Assembly (NCBI RefSeq): GCF_963921235.1
Contig: NC_086097.1
Coordinates: forward strand, 39,000,001-39,064,000
Reading direction: 5' to 3'
Source: Mobula hypostoma
Taxonomy: Eukaryota
Length of the DNA stretch: 64,000 nt
In this document: positions 35,676-49,450 of the stretch, piece by piece
Numbering within the stretch: position 1 is the first letter of the stretch
Layout: each line of letters opens with the position of its first letter
The notes under the pieces: model-generated
Told to the model about the DNA's origin: nothing
Databases searched by the model: none
What the model saw: the letters and a program-made list of their open reading frames with translations, nothing else
Made by a program: the position numbers and the translations under genes

Positions 35676-38600
35676 ATAGATTTAGCAGTTCATCAGGAGG
35701 CTCTTAAAGAGCCTTTTTATTTCTGATTTCTACTATGTGCAGTTACAACATCGATTTATTTTTAATATCCATGTCCATGATTGTGTGTTCAATTGTATTT
35801 TTTACCTGAGCTACAGCACAGAACAAGCCCTTCCAGCCCAGCGAGCTGCAACACCCAGCAACCCACCTAACTTGAGCATAATCACAGGACAACTTACAAT
35901 GACCAATTAACCTACTAACCAGAACGTCCTTAGAATGGGGGAGGAAACCCACGTGCTTCTTACAGGTGACATCAGAACTGAACTCCGAACTCTAATGCCC
36001 TGAGCCATAATAGTGTTGTGTTAACTGCTGCACCACCGAGGTACCCCCATTAGATTCCTGACCACCATTTTCTTGATATCACTTTTATATGCTATATTAT
36101 TCATGTAAAACCTAACATAGGAACTAATGACTTATAAATTCCTGCAGTAATTCTGATTAAATGTTATTTAATAGCTCAAATTCAAGTTTAATTATCATCA
36201 AACCATACATGAATAAGCCAAACAAAACAGCATTCCTCTGGGACCATTGTGCAAAACATAAACAGCACAAGGCACACAGCACATTCAAGATGGGAAGCAT
36301 ATTTACAGTCACACAAGAAAAAAATATATATATAGCCTAAGTCCCTGAGTGACAGGTCCCAGAATAACAGAAGCCTAGTTGCAATTTATTGCTTCCTAAG
36401 GCACTTTGGTTTTGTCCTTCTGATTTCACATCATCTGGCAGTGACTCCCTTAAGGTACTGAATTCAATTTTCCTACTGCCCCTTTAGAGATTGAAGTCAC
36501 CTCTTCAGACTCTCTGTATTGTCTCCAAGGCTTTGAATTTAGCCACAACTATTCTGAGTCAGTCAAACACTGGCCACACTTATTGAGCTTTTATTACTGT
36601 CCATTCCTGTTGTTATGTCCTTCAGAGTTTCTGAACTGCCTCCACACTGTATTGCAGATCTCTCTTAAATCAGCCAACTAGTGTTCTTGATTTGATGATT
36701 CAGTGCTTCCACAGTAGATGCCAAGTTCTTCTGCAGAATACTGGAGTCTTACTGTAATGGCACAGAAGTTTCTGAATCTTCTGGAAAGTGGCTTTCTCCT
36801 GCTGTTCAGATTCCTCTGAAATGTTTGCCCTCAAGGCTTGTGAATAGTTCCATTACTTGGACTCGAACCAATCAAAGTGGGCTCAGTTATTCATTTCCTT
36901 TGGGTCATATTTCCCTGTTTGAATTTTCCATGCAGCTTGTTACTTCCCTTTATAGGGGAACTCCTGATCTCACAGTGACCTTTGCAGATGGTTCTTTAGA
37001 TGACTCTATTAACATTGCATTTCATTGCTGTTATGATGCAATATCAACTTCACTGTTTACCAGTGGCATAACAGACATGACCAGCACTTGGCACCAGACA
37101 CCACCCCACACTGCTAACTGTCACCTCTACGGAGATGTGATTCTCACTTACTCTCAGTATTTTGTTTCTAAAGATGTATTCTTTGCTAATATTACTCAGA
37201 TCCTTTGCAAACCAACCTCCAAGAATATCAGTATCAGAATTGGGTTTAATATCACTGAAATATGTTGTTAAAAAGTGGTTTTGTGGCAGCAGTACATTGC
37301 AATACATAACAAACTAAATAAATACAACAAGAAATATGTATGTATTAAAAATGAAAATTAAAAAGTAGTGAAAAAGAGAGCAAAAAATTGAGGTAATGTA
37401 CATTGTCTATTCAGAAATCTGATGGCAGTGAGGAAGAAGCTGTTCCTAAAATGTTGCCTGTGTGTCTTCAGGCTCCTATACCTCCTTGATAGTTGCAATG
37501 AGAAGAGGGTGTGTCCTGGGTGATGGGCATCTTAATGACAGATGTTGCCTTTTTGAGGCATCGCTCCATGAAGATGTCGGTGATGCTAGGGAGGCCAGTG
37601 CCCGTGATGGAGCTTGCTGAGTTTGCAGCTTTTTCCTATCCTATGCAGTGACCCCTCCATACCAGACAGTGGTGCAATCAAATAAAATTCTCTCCATGGT
37701 ACATCTATAGAAATTTGCAAGAAAGTTGGTGTCTCCTCAGACTTCTGATGGAATATAGCCACTGTTGTGCCGCCTTTGTAATTGCATCTATATACTGAGC
37801 CTTGGATAGATCTTTAGAGATGTTGACACTTAGGAACTTGAAACTGCTCACCCTTTCCACTGCTGGTCCTTGATGAGGATTGGTGTGTGTTCCCTCAACT
37901 TCTCTTTCCTGAAGTTCACAAACAGTTGCTGCAACATCATTCAACCAGCTGATCTATCTCACTCTTGTACGCCTTCTCGTCACTACCTAAAATTATGCCA
38001 ATAATAATTGTATCTTTTGCCACACAGCTGTGAATGTAGACAGAAAGAGCAGTGGGCTAAGCACACCTCTTTTAAGTGCACCACTGTTGATTTTCAACAA
38101 GGAGGAAATGTTATTTCTGATCTGCACTGACCTCTTGGTAAGGAAGTCAAGGTTCCTATTACAGAGGGAGGCTGGCACAGGTTTTGGAGCTTGTTGATTA
38201 GAACTGAGGGTATGATGGTGTTAAACACTGACCTGTTATCAATAAACAGCATCCTGACATGGGTATTGCTATTGTACAGGTAATCCAAGCCCAAATGGAA
38301 AGTCACTATAGACCTATCATGATGGTGGACAACATGCACCAGGTCCTGGTCCTAGCTTAGGCAAGAGTTGATTTTGGCCAAGACCATCCTCTCAAAGCAC
38401 TTCATCATAGTAGATATGAACGCAATTGGGTGATAGTCTTTGAGCCAACTTACTTGGGCAGCGTTAAGACTGTCGCCCTTTTGAAGCATGTGGGAACCTC
38501 TGACCACAGCAGTGAGAGAACAAAGATGCCTCCAACATTCCAGCAGTTGGTTGGCATGGGTTTTCAGTGTCGCCTGGCAAGGGTTCACCTTCACAAAAGC

Positions 38601-41600
38601 TGCTTTGACATCAGCCTCGAAGACAGATCGCAGGGATTTGTACATGTGGAGTTCTACTCTTCCCTTTGAAAGCATGCATAAAAGACATTTAACTCATCCA
38701 GGATAGGTTTTGCCTTGTAGGAAGTAATGGCATGCAATCCCTTCCTCGCTCTCAAAACAGCCTTCCGTATGTTATACCTGTATTTGTAAAGTTCTGGATC
38801 ACCAGTCTTGAATGACGTAGATCTAGCCCTTAGCAGCCTATGAATCTCCTGATTCATCCTCTATTTTTGGTTTGGGTATGTTCAGTATGTACCCGAAGAC
38901 GCACACACTCAACTATGCAGATCTTAATGAAGTCGGTGACAACTGTGGTGCATTCATCCAGATCCAAAAATTAATCCATGAATATCGTCCAGTCCACTGA
39001 CTCAAAGCAGACCTGTAAGTGCTCCTCCACCTCTTCTGGATCCTCGCTACTGGTGCTGCAGTCTCTGTCTCTACCGAGAGTAAAAGTACAGCCAGGTAAT
39101 TGGACTTTACAAACTGTGGGCATGGGATCACATTCTTATTCGCCATCATGTTACTTTACCAATGCTGTCAGCTAAAATGTCTCATTTTTTAGTACCATCT
39201 CTACAATAGGTGCTGCCCTGTGCATTAAGTCTGGTTTACAAAATATTTTCATCTTAGTTTTCCTAACTGCCAGTAAGCAATGCCTAACCTGGAAGTTACA
39301 CAATTGTGCCACTGTCTTTCATCTAGCCATTTATTCACTGTCTATTTCTACTCATACTATGTTAAACAGTCTTTTCAAGGTTTTTAATTAATCTTCATGT
39401 TAACATTTTTTAGAACATTAATAGATTCACTGGTAGTCCCCCCCACCCAACCCCAACAACAGCAACAATATCACCTTCCATTTCTCATGTGTGGGTTTGC
39501 TTCTCTGTGCTTTGCTGCTACCCGCACATCAACTGTAATTTTGCTCTTCAGGGATACTTCATTTTCCTTGCAAAGGTCAAATACTAGAGTTTGCTCATGT
39601 CTCTCCAACCTGCTGTCATCACTCTACCAAGAGAACAGCTTTCTTAAATGTTTCTTTCAAGCGGATCCTTGTTCCTGTTTCTCAGTGGTTACAAGCTCAA
39701 GGGTGGTCACTGGCTATTGAGTCTGTTGCCATGGAGAAAACTCCAAGGTGAGGAAGAGTCCAAACCAAGAAAAACTGACGCTTCATTTGGTGATGAAAGA
39801 GAGTTCAGGTAAGATATCAGAATTAGGTTTATTATCACTGGCATGTGTCGTGAAATTTGTTAACTTAGCAGCAGCAGTTCAATGCAATATATAATATAGA
39901 AGAAGAATAAAGAAATTACAGTATACATATATTGAATAGATTAAAAATTGTGCAAAAAATATACTTTAAAAAGGTGAGGTACTGTTCAAGGATTCAATGT
40001 CCATTTAGGAATCAGATGACAGAGGGGAAGAAGCTGTTCTCCTGAATTGCTGAGTGTGTGCCTTCAGGCTTCTGTACCTGCAGCCTAATGGTAACAGTGA
40101 GAAAAGGGCATGCCCTGGGTGCTGGAGGTCCTTAATAATGGACGCTGCCTTTCTGAGACACTGCTCCCTAAAGATGTCCTCAGTGCTTTGTAGGCTAGTA
40201 CCCAAGATGGAGCTGACTAAATTTACAACCCTCTGCAGCTTCTTTCAGTCCTGTGCAGTAGCTGCCCCCCATACCAGACAGTGATGCAGCCTGTCAGAAT
40301 GCTCTCCACAGTACAACTATAGTTTTTGAGTGTATTTGTTGACATACCAAATCTCTTCAAACTCCTAATGAAATATAGTCACTGTCTTGCCTTCTTTATA
40401 ACTACATCAATATGTTGGGACCAGGTTAGGTCCTCAGAGATCTTGACACCCAGGAATTTGAAACTGCTCACTCTCTCCACTTCTGATCCCTCTGAGGACT
40501 GATATGTGTTCCTTCGTCTTACACTTCCTGAGGTCCACAATCAGCTCTTTTGTTTTACTGACGTTCAGTGCCAGGTTGTTGCTACCAACACATGACATGG
40601 ATGTTGCCAGTCACCAGCAGTGGCCTGCACACACTTTGCCAGCTTATGTGCTGCCCTGAGATCTCAATGGTGAAAGATGATACCCTCACCCTGGGCTACC
40701 CAGCGCCAGCAAAACCTCAAGAGTAAGGCAGCAGGCCCCTCTGTCTGCCCTGCTATTCAATATGATCCATGCTGATGCCAACTCCCCTTTTGTGCCAGTG
40801 GAATGCAGGCAGTATTTTTCAACATAGTTTTCTTCTTGCACTCATCAACAAAAGTATCATATCTTTTGGCTAATGGGCACAGTGAAAGCTCCCAAGTCAT
40901 TCTTATCACCCATGCGCTATGCTCGAACATCAAGTAGGTCGAAAGTTAGAGTATACAGCACAGAAGCAGGTCCCATGGCCCACCACATCCATTAAGGATC
41001 CAACAAGAGACTCTACAATGATCCCATTTACCAGTGTCTGGTTCATATACCTTGGCATTCAAGTGACATGGTTTTTGTACTCGGTGGACTCCTCTTGTTC
41101 CAAATGAATATCTTGAGTGTTCCAGGCATACAATGTCCTCTCATCCTTTTAGGATGCCCCAAAAGTGCTTTACAGCTATTAAGTATTCATTCTTTTTAAC
41201 TGACACATTCATATATTAATACATACTAAACATTGCAAAACAGCAAAATAAAACTTGCTTTATGAATCATTGCTTAACCCCTTTGGAAATTGTCATCGAG
41301 ACAGAGGAATTTCAGTCCTGTTTGCTTTTTCTCTTCTTGTAATAGTTGTTATGACATGTTACACAATCATTCACCAACGCCTCTAAATTCTGAAGGGGCT
41401 GGATTACGCACATCTGTACTTGCGTCCAACAATGCAGCGAGGCCACCAGATTCAAAAACAGTTGCTTTCCCCAAGCAGTAAGGCTAATCAAAACATCCAC
41501 CCACTAACCCACGCCTCCAGACCACCAATCGCCGCTATTATTCCTGTCAGTCACCTTATGTACAAACACTCCTGTGCCTAGCGTCACTTTATGGACATAC

Positions 41601-41859
41601 AATTAATCTATGTATATAGCTATCTTAAGTATTTACTGTATATTCATAGTGTTTTTTTATTATTGTATTCTTTATCTAATTGAGTTTTTGCTTGTGCTGT
41701 ATCGGATCCGGAGTAACAATCATTTATTTTTCCTCTACACGTGAAGACACTGCACGCTGCATTTTCTGGTGTTGTTTTAGTGATATATCCATTGCAATTT
41801 CAAGAGGTGAACATGTAAAGCTGTTTTTAAAATTACTTTTAAAGTCCAATCATCCTATT

Positions 41860-42270
41860 AATACGGTAGTTGCGCAGCTGGGGTAAGCGAATCAGAGTCG
41901 GCTGCCCTGTGACGTGAAGGTGATGTCAGAAGGCGGGCGGGGTTTCGGGCGGAGTGTGTCCGGAGTGCGAGTTCCGAGCGGCCGCAGTGGAGGACTGCGT
42001 TATGGCGACACGAGGTGAGTGTTGGTGGCGAATCCTGGCGGGAAGTCGGGTCGAGCGACCCTGGTGGCGCCGGCATCTGCCTCCACCGCCCCTTGTTCTC
42101 GCAGGTTGGCTGCGCGGCGCTCGCGTTGCTGTCGAGCCTGACTGGAGGCCTAATCTTGGGACCTGTAGCAAAGGTACCAGACCAGGCCCGTGTTGAGTCC
42201 CGGATCCTCGCGAAGCGGCGAAGTCCTTATGTGGGCTGCGCCTGTGTCTAAATATATCAGATCTCCGGCA
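41860..42270 (+). promoter_or_regulatory. PRPF39: CpG-island promoter of PRPF39 with a CRE/ATF-like TGACGTGA (41910-41917) and GC boxes (GGGCGGGG about 41935, GGGCGGAG about 41947)
   Basis: The only strongly GC/CpG-rich unique segment in the window; it contains a strong donor GAG|gtgagt at 42014. Confidence 0.85.
42002..42014 (+). CDS. PRPF39: PRPF39 exon 1 coding part (ATG GCG ACA CGA G)
   Basis: The ATG at 42002, spliced to 44754, gives an open frame MATRGLSETASSPSDG... continuous with the exon 2 ORF. Confidence 0.7.
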
Positions 42271-42594
42271 GCCCAGGGTCACCCAGCTTTTACTTTGACT
42301 GTAAGGACACCCGTTCCTTGGAGTTTTGTATTTAATTGTTGAAATGTCTTCACCTAGTGTCATGTTCCACTAGGTGTAACGAAGCACAACTTTTAAAACG
42401 TTGTCCTTTCATTTCCAAGGCATTGTAGTAAGTTTACAGCACCCTGTTTTACAAGGACCACCGTAGGCAGAGGTTAGTATCAGGAATATCGCCTTAAAAG
42501 TTATGTTCTAGGCACAGAACATTAGACTGACACGCCAGAGGGGTATTGGGGAAATGCTTAGTTTTCAGGAGTGCTGTCTTCCGAGTGGGACGTT

Positions 42595-43350
42595 AATTAA
42601 GACGTAACAGAAGTAGGCCATTCAGCTCATGGAATCTACTCCGATTTGATCATGGCTGATGGATTTTCCCCCTCAACCCCGTTCTCCCTGTGACCTTTGA
42701 CGTCCCTATTATGATTATGAAGACACGTAGTCCTCTTTTATTGTCATTTGGTAGTGCATTCATTAATCATGATGTTTTAAATATACCCAATGATGTGGCC
42801 TCCACATCTCAGTTCTAAAGCGATGTTCTTCTATTCTGAGGATGTGCCATCTGATCCTAGACTCTCCCTCGAATGGAAGCATTTTCATTCTATCTAGGCC
42901 TTCCAATATTTAGTAGGTTTCAAAGAGATCCTTCCTCATTCTTTTAAGTTCTGGTGAGTGCTGGCCCAGAGCCATCAAATGCTCCTACATCTCCTAGAAA
43001 TGGATGCTAGCATTTCATTTGCTTTCCTTACTATTGACTCAACTTACAAGTTAACCTTTAGGGAATCCTGCATGAGGATTCCCAACTTCCTGTGCACCTC
43101 TGATTTGTTTTTTCTCCCCATTTAGAAAATAGTCTATACTTTTATTCTTTCTACTGAAATTCATGACCATACAGTTCACTACCCGGTATTCCCTCTGACA
43201 CTTTGCCCATTCTCCTAATCTGTCCAAGTCCATCTGCAGACTCCCTGCTTCCTCAACACTACTTGCCCACTTATCCTTGCAAACTTAGCCAGATCATTAA
43301 TGTATAATCTGAAAAGTAACGGATCCAATGCTGACCCCTGCAGAACACTA
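42595..43350 (-). mobile_element. CR1 3' fragment
   Basis: ORF 43051..43233 minus (DLDRLGEWAK). Confidence 0.75.
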
Positions 43351-44753
43351 GCAGCCAACAAATAAGTTGTAAATTTTACTCATTTTCTCTCCCCAATGTG
43401 TTTTGTTGCATATTTCTACTTTTTCTGTGTTACGTGTTTCTGTGTAATTTTTATTATTCTTTAAGATGTATTTGATCATTCTTGGTCTAAAACCAGTGTA
43501 CTTGACTGAAACACAACAGCTTCTATACTGTTTAGATTAATGGAAATTGAATGTTTATTACATCTGATAACTACCATTAACAGCACAAACTGAACACTAC
43601 AATTCTTTAAGTAGTTACTGCACACAGGGAGACCATGTAGCTCATCATGTCTGTGGTGCCCCTTTCTCCTGGCTTGTAAGTTTCGCTTTATCAAATAATC
43701 CATTCCCTGTAGAAGTTTACAGTGGAACCTGTCACGTTGGCAGGCAGTGCATTTCAGATACCAGCCATATGTTGTATTCTCTCTCTATACCTGTGACCTC
43801 TCATCTTCAACCATTCCATCATCCACTTTTGTATTCTGTGTTTTTATTGATTTAAAAACCCCAAATTGTGTATGTCTTGTTAAACCTGCCCTGCTTTTTT
43901 AACGGTACACTTACCCTTGGGTCTCTCTGTTCCAGCATTTTTTTGAGAACTTAAGGTAAACTTTGTGTCATTCTTTCTACCATACCATGCATCTCTGCCC
44001 ATTCCATCAGTCTACTTCCTTCTGCAATCTATCAATATCCTGCTCACTGTTCAAAAATATAAGCAAAGGTTTCTCATTCAGTTCTCTTCAGTCCCTTTTT
44101 GCCCTCTTGTACACTCTGCAAATTTATATTAAATGTTTCAGTTATTGACATTAATGCTACTTTGAAAAAGATTTTTCCCTTTATGTCCATCATAAAAGTA
44201 GTGAAACAATGCATAGTTTCTTATGTCCACTGAAAGGAATGGTGCCACCAAAAGATGCCTGTCTGAATTGTTTGCAGACATTATTTTGTCTAAATCTGTG
44301 GAATATCTTTGTGTTACTCGAGGAAAATCAACAAAGATATTTTATACATACTTCCCAATAATGAATCTTATTGGGATTGCCATTAGTTTTCATTTAAAGA
44401 TAAATGTAGGATTGGCATCAAAATTTCTAAAATTGTGGATAAAATGCATTCTCTTAATCAAAAATAAGCTTCTAGGCCTGAGCAATGTTGAAATGTTGCT
44501 TCCAACATTGAGTGATCTTGAAAAGAGAGCTTAAAGAAAAACAAATATTAATGTTGCACATATTTCAACTCTGATTTAAATGCCATTGATTTATGGTAGT
44601 TAGTAAAATAGTCTTATAACTGAATTAATTTGCTTTTTTCTGATGGGAATCATTAGCGATAGGTTTGTATTTGTAAACCAAAGAGAGGACAATTTGAATT
44701 TTGGACAATTGCTTTGTGGTATGATCAGTGTCTCTATTTATCTACCTTTTAAG

Positions 44754-45214
44754 GCTTAAGTGAGACAGCATCGTCACCAAGTGATGGACTTACTTCTACT
44801 GATGAAAGTGACTTGTATAAAAATATCTCCACCACAAGCAATTCTCTTCCAAAAGAGATGCTCGTGCCAAACTCTCAGCCTTCTGATACCCATGAGACCT
44901 CAACTTATGAGCCACAAACTTTAGAAAGTGAAAATGAAGTTATTGAACAGGAAACCAGTATGGAGCCCTTTACAAATTTGCCACATTCATTAGCAGCGCA
45001 AGTAGAATCTCCTGAAGGTTCAGCATCAATGGACACTGAATCTCAGGCTGAGAACTCTTCCCCTGATCGAATTGTTGACGATGTAGTAAATGTGGGACTC
45101 AGTGACTCTGAGATTTCCTTTCCTGCGGAATATGAAAAGTTTTGGAAGGTGGTTGAGGACAATCCCCAAGACTTTACAGGTTGGACGTATTTGCTGCAGT
45201 ATGTCGAGCAAGAG
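44754..45214 (+). CDS. PRPF39: PRPF39 exon 2 (...FPAEYEKFWKVVEDNPQDFTGWTYLLQYVEQE)
   Basis: taag|G acceptor and GAG|gtgagt donor; signature N-terminal HAT repeat of Prp39. Confidence 0.93.
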
Positions 45215-46023
45215 GTGAGTAAATTATACAAAAATTTTTTAAATGGTTAAAGTACAGTGTGTTGTCATCTTTACACTGAAAACTTAGTTCTGTAGCTATC
45301 AGAATTTTTATTGCTGGTGCTAATAACAGTTCCTATCAATTGAAAAATGTGGTCCATAGTAAACTAGATGAGCCTCCAGATCCAGCATTTTCGTTGCATC
45401 ACTGTAAGATTTACAATGAAGATTTCATTATGGTTCACTGCTGAGTCTTTTGTTGGTAATTTCAACCATAAGACGAATTGGAGAAAATTTGGGTTATCTT
45501 CTGTGTCAATCTTTAGAGGTTTGTATGTGAAACAATAAATTTGAGAGTTTCTGTGTTAAAATAGTTATATTATAGGTATTTGTTGTTCTATAGTTATTTG
45601 AGTTTACATTAAAGCTTTATAATTTAGATTAAATAACTATAGAGATCAGAATAAATCTTTGTACAGGCAGTTCCCAAGTTACTTAAGTGTTCTATCAGTA
45701 AGCCTTTTTCCCATTAAGTCAGAAATTCTACAGCTACCCATATTATATCACTCCACATGCATTTTCTATAATTTCATTTTATCAAATATCTTTTGAACTT
45801 GCCTAATGCTCTGCTTAATTAAACTAATGAAAGGTATAGTGGATCCAGTTGTTAATGAATACCACAAAACTACTACTTAGTATAATAGTAATAATAATAT
45901 CTTGAAAAATGCTTTGAAATTATTGGGCATATTTACAGAATGTTGGATTCTTCCTGAGTCTTCTGTAATCCAGAAAGTTCTTGGACTATTAATTCTATCT
46001 GGTGGCTAGGAAATAGAGATCAT

Positions 46024-46220
46024 AGAAAAAGGAGGAGGATAGCCCTTAACTCAGGAGTGGCGTTATCGGGGCCCTGTCATGACAGTGTTTCCGTAGCAAG
46101 CTATTCTTGTTTTTACGAGGCCAAGTTGCTAGCTCGACGCTTAACCCGACTTGGATTTGAACTCGGGAACCTTCGCTCCGGAGTCTGGTGCTGATGTTAT
46201 TGCACCACCAAGCGGGATGC
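46024..46220 (-). mobile_element. tRNA-derived SINE, 197 bp, 13-bp TSD
   Basis: Box A-like TGGTGCAATAAC (46196-207), box B GAGTTCAAATCC (46153-64), (CCT/CTT)-rich tail, TSD aaatagagatcat at 46011-23 and 46221-33. Confidence 0.85.
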
Positions 46221-46997
46221 AAATAGAGATCATGTTCAATGTTAATAATCTGATATTTCTTTTAAAAAATCCTTTTTTTTTTGTATAGCTGGTTATATTA
46301 ATAATGCTGTGGCCGGGTGTAGTTGAGGGAATTGCATAATTGCTTTGTCAGTCAAGCTCAACCCTAACGAGATGAGATTTCAGCATGTATTTTAAAGTCC
46401 AATATCCTTCCTGTTATAAACACAAGAGATTCTACAGATGCTGGAAATCCAGAGTAACACACTCAAAATACTGGACAAACTCAGCAGGTCAGACAGCATC
46501 TAAGGACAAGAATAAACAGTTGACGTTTTGGGCCAAGACCCTTCATCAGGACTGGAAAGAATGGGGGAAGAAGCCAGAAAAATGTGGAGGGAGGCTGAGG
46601 AGTACAAGCTAGCAGATGATAAGTGAAGCCATATGGGGAAGAAGGTAGGTGGTTGGGGTGGTACAGTGAGAAGCTGGGAGGTGATAGGTGGCAAGGAAAA
46701 GGGTTGAAGAAGGAATATGCCAAGTGAGGAGAGTGAGCCAAGGGGGAAAGGGAAGGAGGAGGGACACCAGAGGGAAATGATAGGCAGGAAAGGAGAGGGG
46801 TGAGAGGAGATGGGGGTGAAATTACCAGAAGTTAGAGGAACCAATGTTCATGCCGTCAGGTTGGAGACTATCCAAACAGAATGAGGTGTTACTTCTCCAA
46901 CCTGAGAGTAGCCTCATCTTGGCAGTAGAGAAGGCCGTGAGCTGGCATGTTAGATTAGGATTGGGGATTGGACATAAAATGGTTGGCTATCAGGAGA

Positions 46998-47139
46998 CAA
47001 CAGGAATTCTGCAGATGCTGGAAATTCAAGCAACACACATAAAAGTTGCTGGTGAACGCAGCAGGCCAGGCAGCATCTCTAGGAAGAGGTGCAGTCGACG
47101 TTTCAGGCCGAGGCCCTTCGTCAGGACTAACTGAAGGAA
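46998..47139 (-). mobile_element. 142-bp PLE tail (HHR plus 3' end) with a 10-bp TSD, nested in an older PLE
   Basis: TSD tatcaggaga at 46988-97 and 47140-49. Confidence 0.85.
47093..47128 (-). ncRNA. Minimal hammerhead ribozyme motif with an intact core
   Basis: Reverse complement is AGTC-CTGACGA-AGGGCCTCGGCCT-GAAA-CGTC-GACT. Confidence 0.7.
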
Positions 47140-48630
47140 TATCAGGAGATCCTGCTTGTTGCAGATGTAGAGAAGATGCTTGACAAAATGGTCCCCACAA
47201 TCTACATTGGGTCTTACCAATGTTGGGGAGGCTGCAACAGGTACAGTAAATGATCCTGACAGACTCGCAGTTGAAGCATTGCACCACCTGGAAGGACTGT
47301 TAGGAGCCCTGAATGGTTCCAAGGGAGGATGTGAATAGACAGGTGTAGCACTTCTTGTGCTTGCAGGAATAAGTGCTGGGAGGAGATCGGGGGGAGGGGC
47401 AAATGAACAACAAGGGAATCACAAAGGGAGCAATCCTGTGGAAAGTGCAGAGTGGTGGGGGTGGGGAGTTAAAAATATGTTTAGTGATATCCTTTTGAAG
47501 ATGGCAGTGGTTGCAGAGAGTGATTTGCTAGATCAGGAGACTTATGGGCTGGTAGGTAAGGACAACAGGATGGGAAGATGGGGTGAGGGTGGATGTCTGG
47601 GAAATGGAGGAGATGTAGATGAGGGCAGCATCTTTCATGTTGCATGCTTCATAAGAAGTTACTGTGGTTTCTCTTCCTTATTGTTAGCCATAAGCATTTC
47701 TCTAACCGATAAACACTATTATACAGTTTATGCAAACCAGACACATTTACACCAGCTGTTGGCTTGTATGTTTTTCTGATTTTTAGCCCAAATATCTGCC
47801 GATTGCTTTCATGCAATAATCTGTTTAAATAAATTTTGGTGTTCTAGAAAGCATTTTTTTAAAAAAAGAAGAAATTAGAGTGAATTGACTAGATAAAGTT
47901 GTGGGATAGAATCTGTCAGTCGTCATTTGCTCACTTTTTATTGGCTGCAGAATTTTTGGAGGATGTTAAACTGCACTTTATGTATATTGGTTCATTCCTT
48001 ACTATCATTACATTCTTGGTGCATTCAAGATTTAGTCCAATTAATGCAGTCTTTCAGATAGCAACCTCATTCTTTAACAGGCTGTCCAGATTTTGTCTTG
48101 GTGGAAGATATGTTTTGGCATCCCAGTCATTCACTCAGTTGTGTAAATCTGGAATTTAGGTCAACCCTTGCTCTGGAGTGAAAGTGCTCCGGATAGTTGA
48201 AGCAACTAACCATATCAATGTTTAATGTAAGCCTAGTGCAGAATACTCAGCTTGATTTTATGTTTGAATAAATTCTACTTCTTATTCACACTTTTGGCTT
48301 GGCCTAAGAATTAAAAGATAATGGATTCTTCTGTGGTTGGAATGCAGGCTTTACTGATAACAGCAGTTGCTGTATTGAATTGTTGCTTATGATAAACTAT
48401 TTAACTAGTTTAGTAATTTAAAAATGCATAGTTATTACATCAATTTACAAAAGATGCATCTCAGTGATTAATGTTGGTACACTGAATGGAAATCTGAGCA
48501 ATTGAATTGTAAATATAACAAATCAAAATGCAACCACATAAGTGAACTCAGCAAATGAAGAGGTGCCCGAGAGGTAACATTTGTGTATAATGTGTTGAAA
48601 GTAAACTTAAAACTTTTTTTTATTTTACAG

Positions 48631-48756
48631 AACCACGTTCTGGCAGCCAGAAGAGCCTTTGATGAATTTTTATCTCACTATCCATATTGCTATGGCTATT
48701 GGAAAAAGTATGCAGATCTTGAACGACGCCATAACAACCTGACAGAGGCAAATGAG
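48631..48756 (+). CDS. PRPF39: PRPF39 exon 3 ([31 protein letters not shown]...)
   Basis: tacag| acceptor and GAG|gtgaat donor; [13 protein letters not shown] motif. Confidence 0.96.
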
Positions 48757-49450
48757 GTGAATGATTTCTTGTGACTTTGTCCCTTTATTTACATTTCACT
48801 TTTAATTTGGCCATGTCTCAGATTACTACAAGCCATATTCTACTCAAAAGACTAAAACAAACCATGTTTGTAAGAGGTTTTGAGATTTTGATTTTGGCTT
48901 TAGTAAATAATTTATGGTCTCATCCACTTTTTCAGAGTTAAAATAAAAGAAAATATTTTCCCTTAGCAGTTTTCAGCTAATGTCTTCTCTCTTTGTTAAC
49001 AGGTTCATTAGTACTACAGTTTGTCAAGCTTTGCAGTGCAAATCAATGCAATTTAACAAGTAGGGCAGGGCTTTTCTGACAGTTTTACTTGGGTGCTATG
49101 ATTTTAAACCCAATTATTTTTCCCTGTATTTACGTTCATGTTTTTGTTTTTGCTGAATTTTATTACATTTGTGGTTAGAGGCTGTCAGTGATGTTCTAAT
49201 GGGTCTGTGCCCTATGGTCTGTACCCCAAGCCTGCCCTACCTTGTCAGAATGCAGGAGCCATCTCACACTCTGAAGATCAAGGCTGTACGCGTGGAGAGC
49301 AGAACATTGTGATGTTCTTACCACCCTCCACATAATGGTAATGGATGATTATTCAAACAAATTCCTGGAAAGTAACATTTTCAGTACAGACTCTGCTGGT
49401 GGTTTTTTATTACATTTATTTCAGATATTACTAGAAACTCTTTGTCACAG

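Larger units (their letters stand above)
46418..47630 (-). mobile_element. Older degenerate PLE copy (3' tail, purine-rich UTR, GIY-YIG remnant)
   Basis: Colinear similarity to 29000-30100; degenerate HHR at 46518-46553. Confidence 0.75.

Noticed and set aside
41858..42363. Several overlapping ORFs in the CpG island
   Set aside because: Expected by-product of high GC; no recognisable protein. Only ATG 42002-42014 splices into PRPF39.
46140..46220. tRNA gene
   Set aside because: Has A/B boxes but no complete cloverleaf; the TSD and tail identify it as a SINE head.
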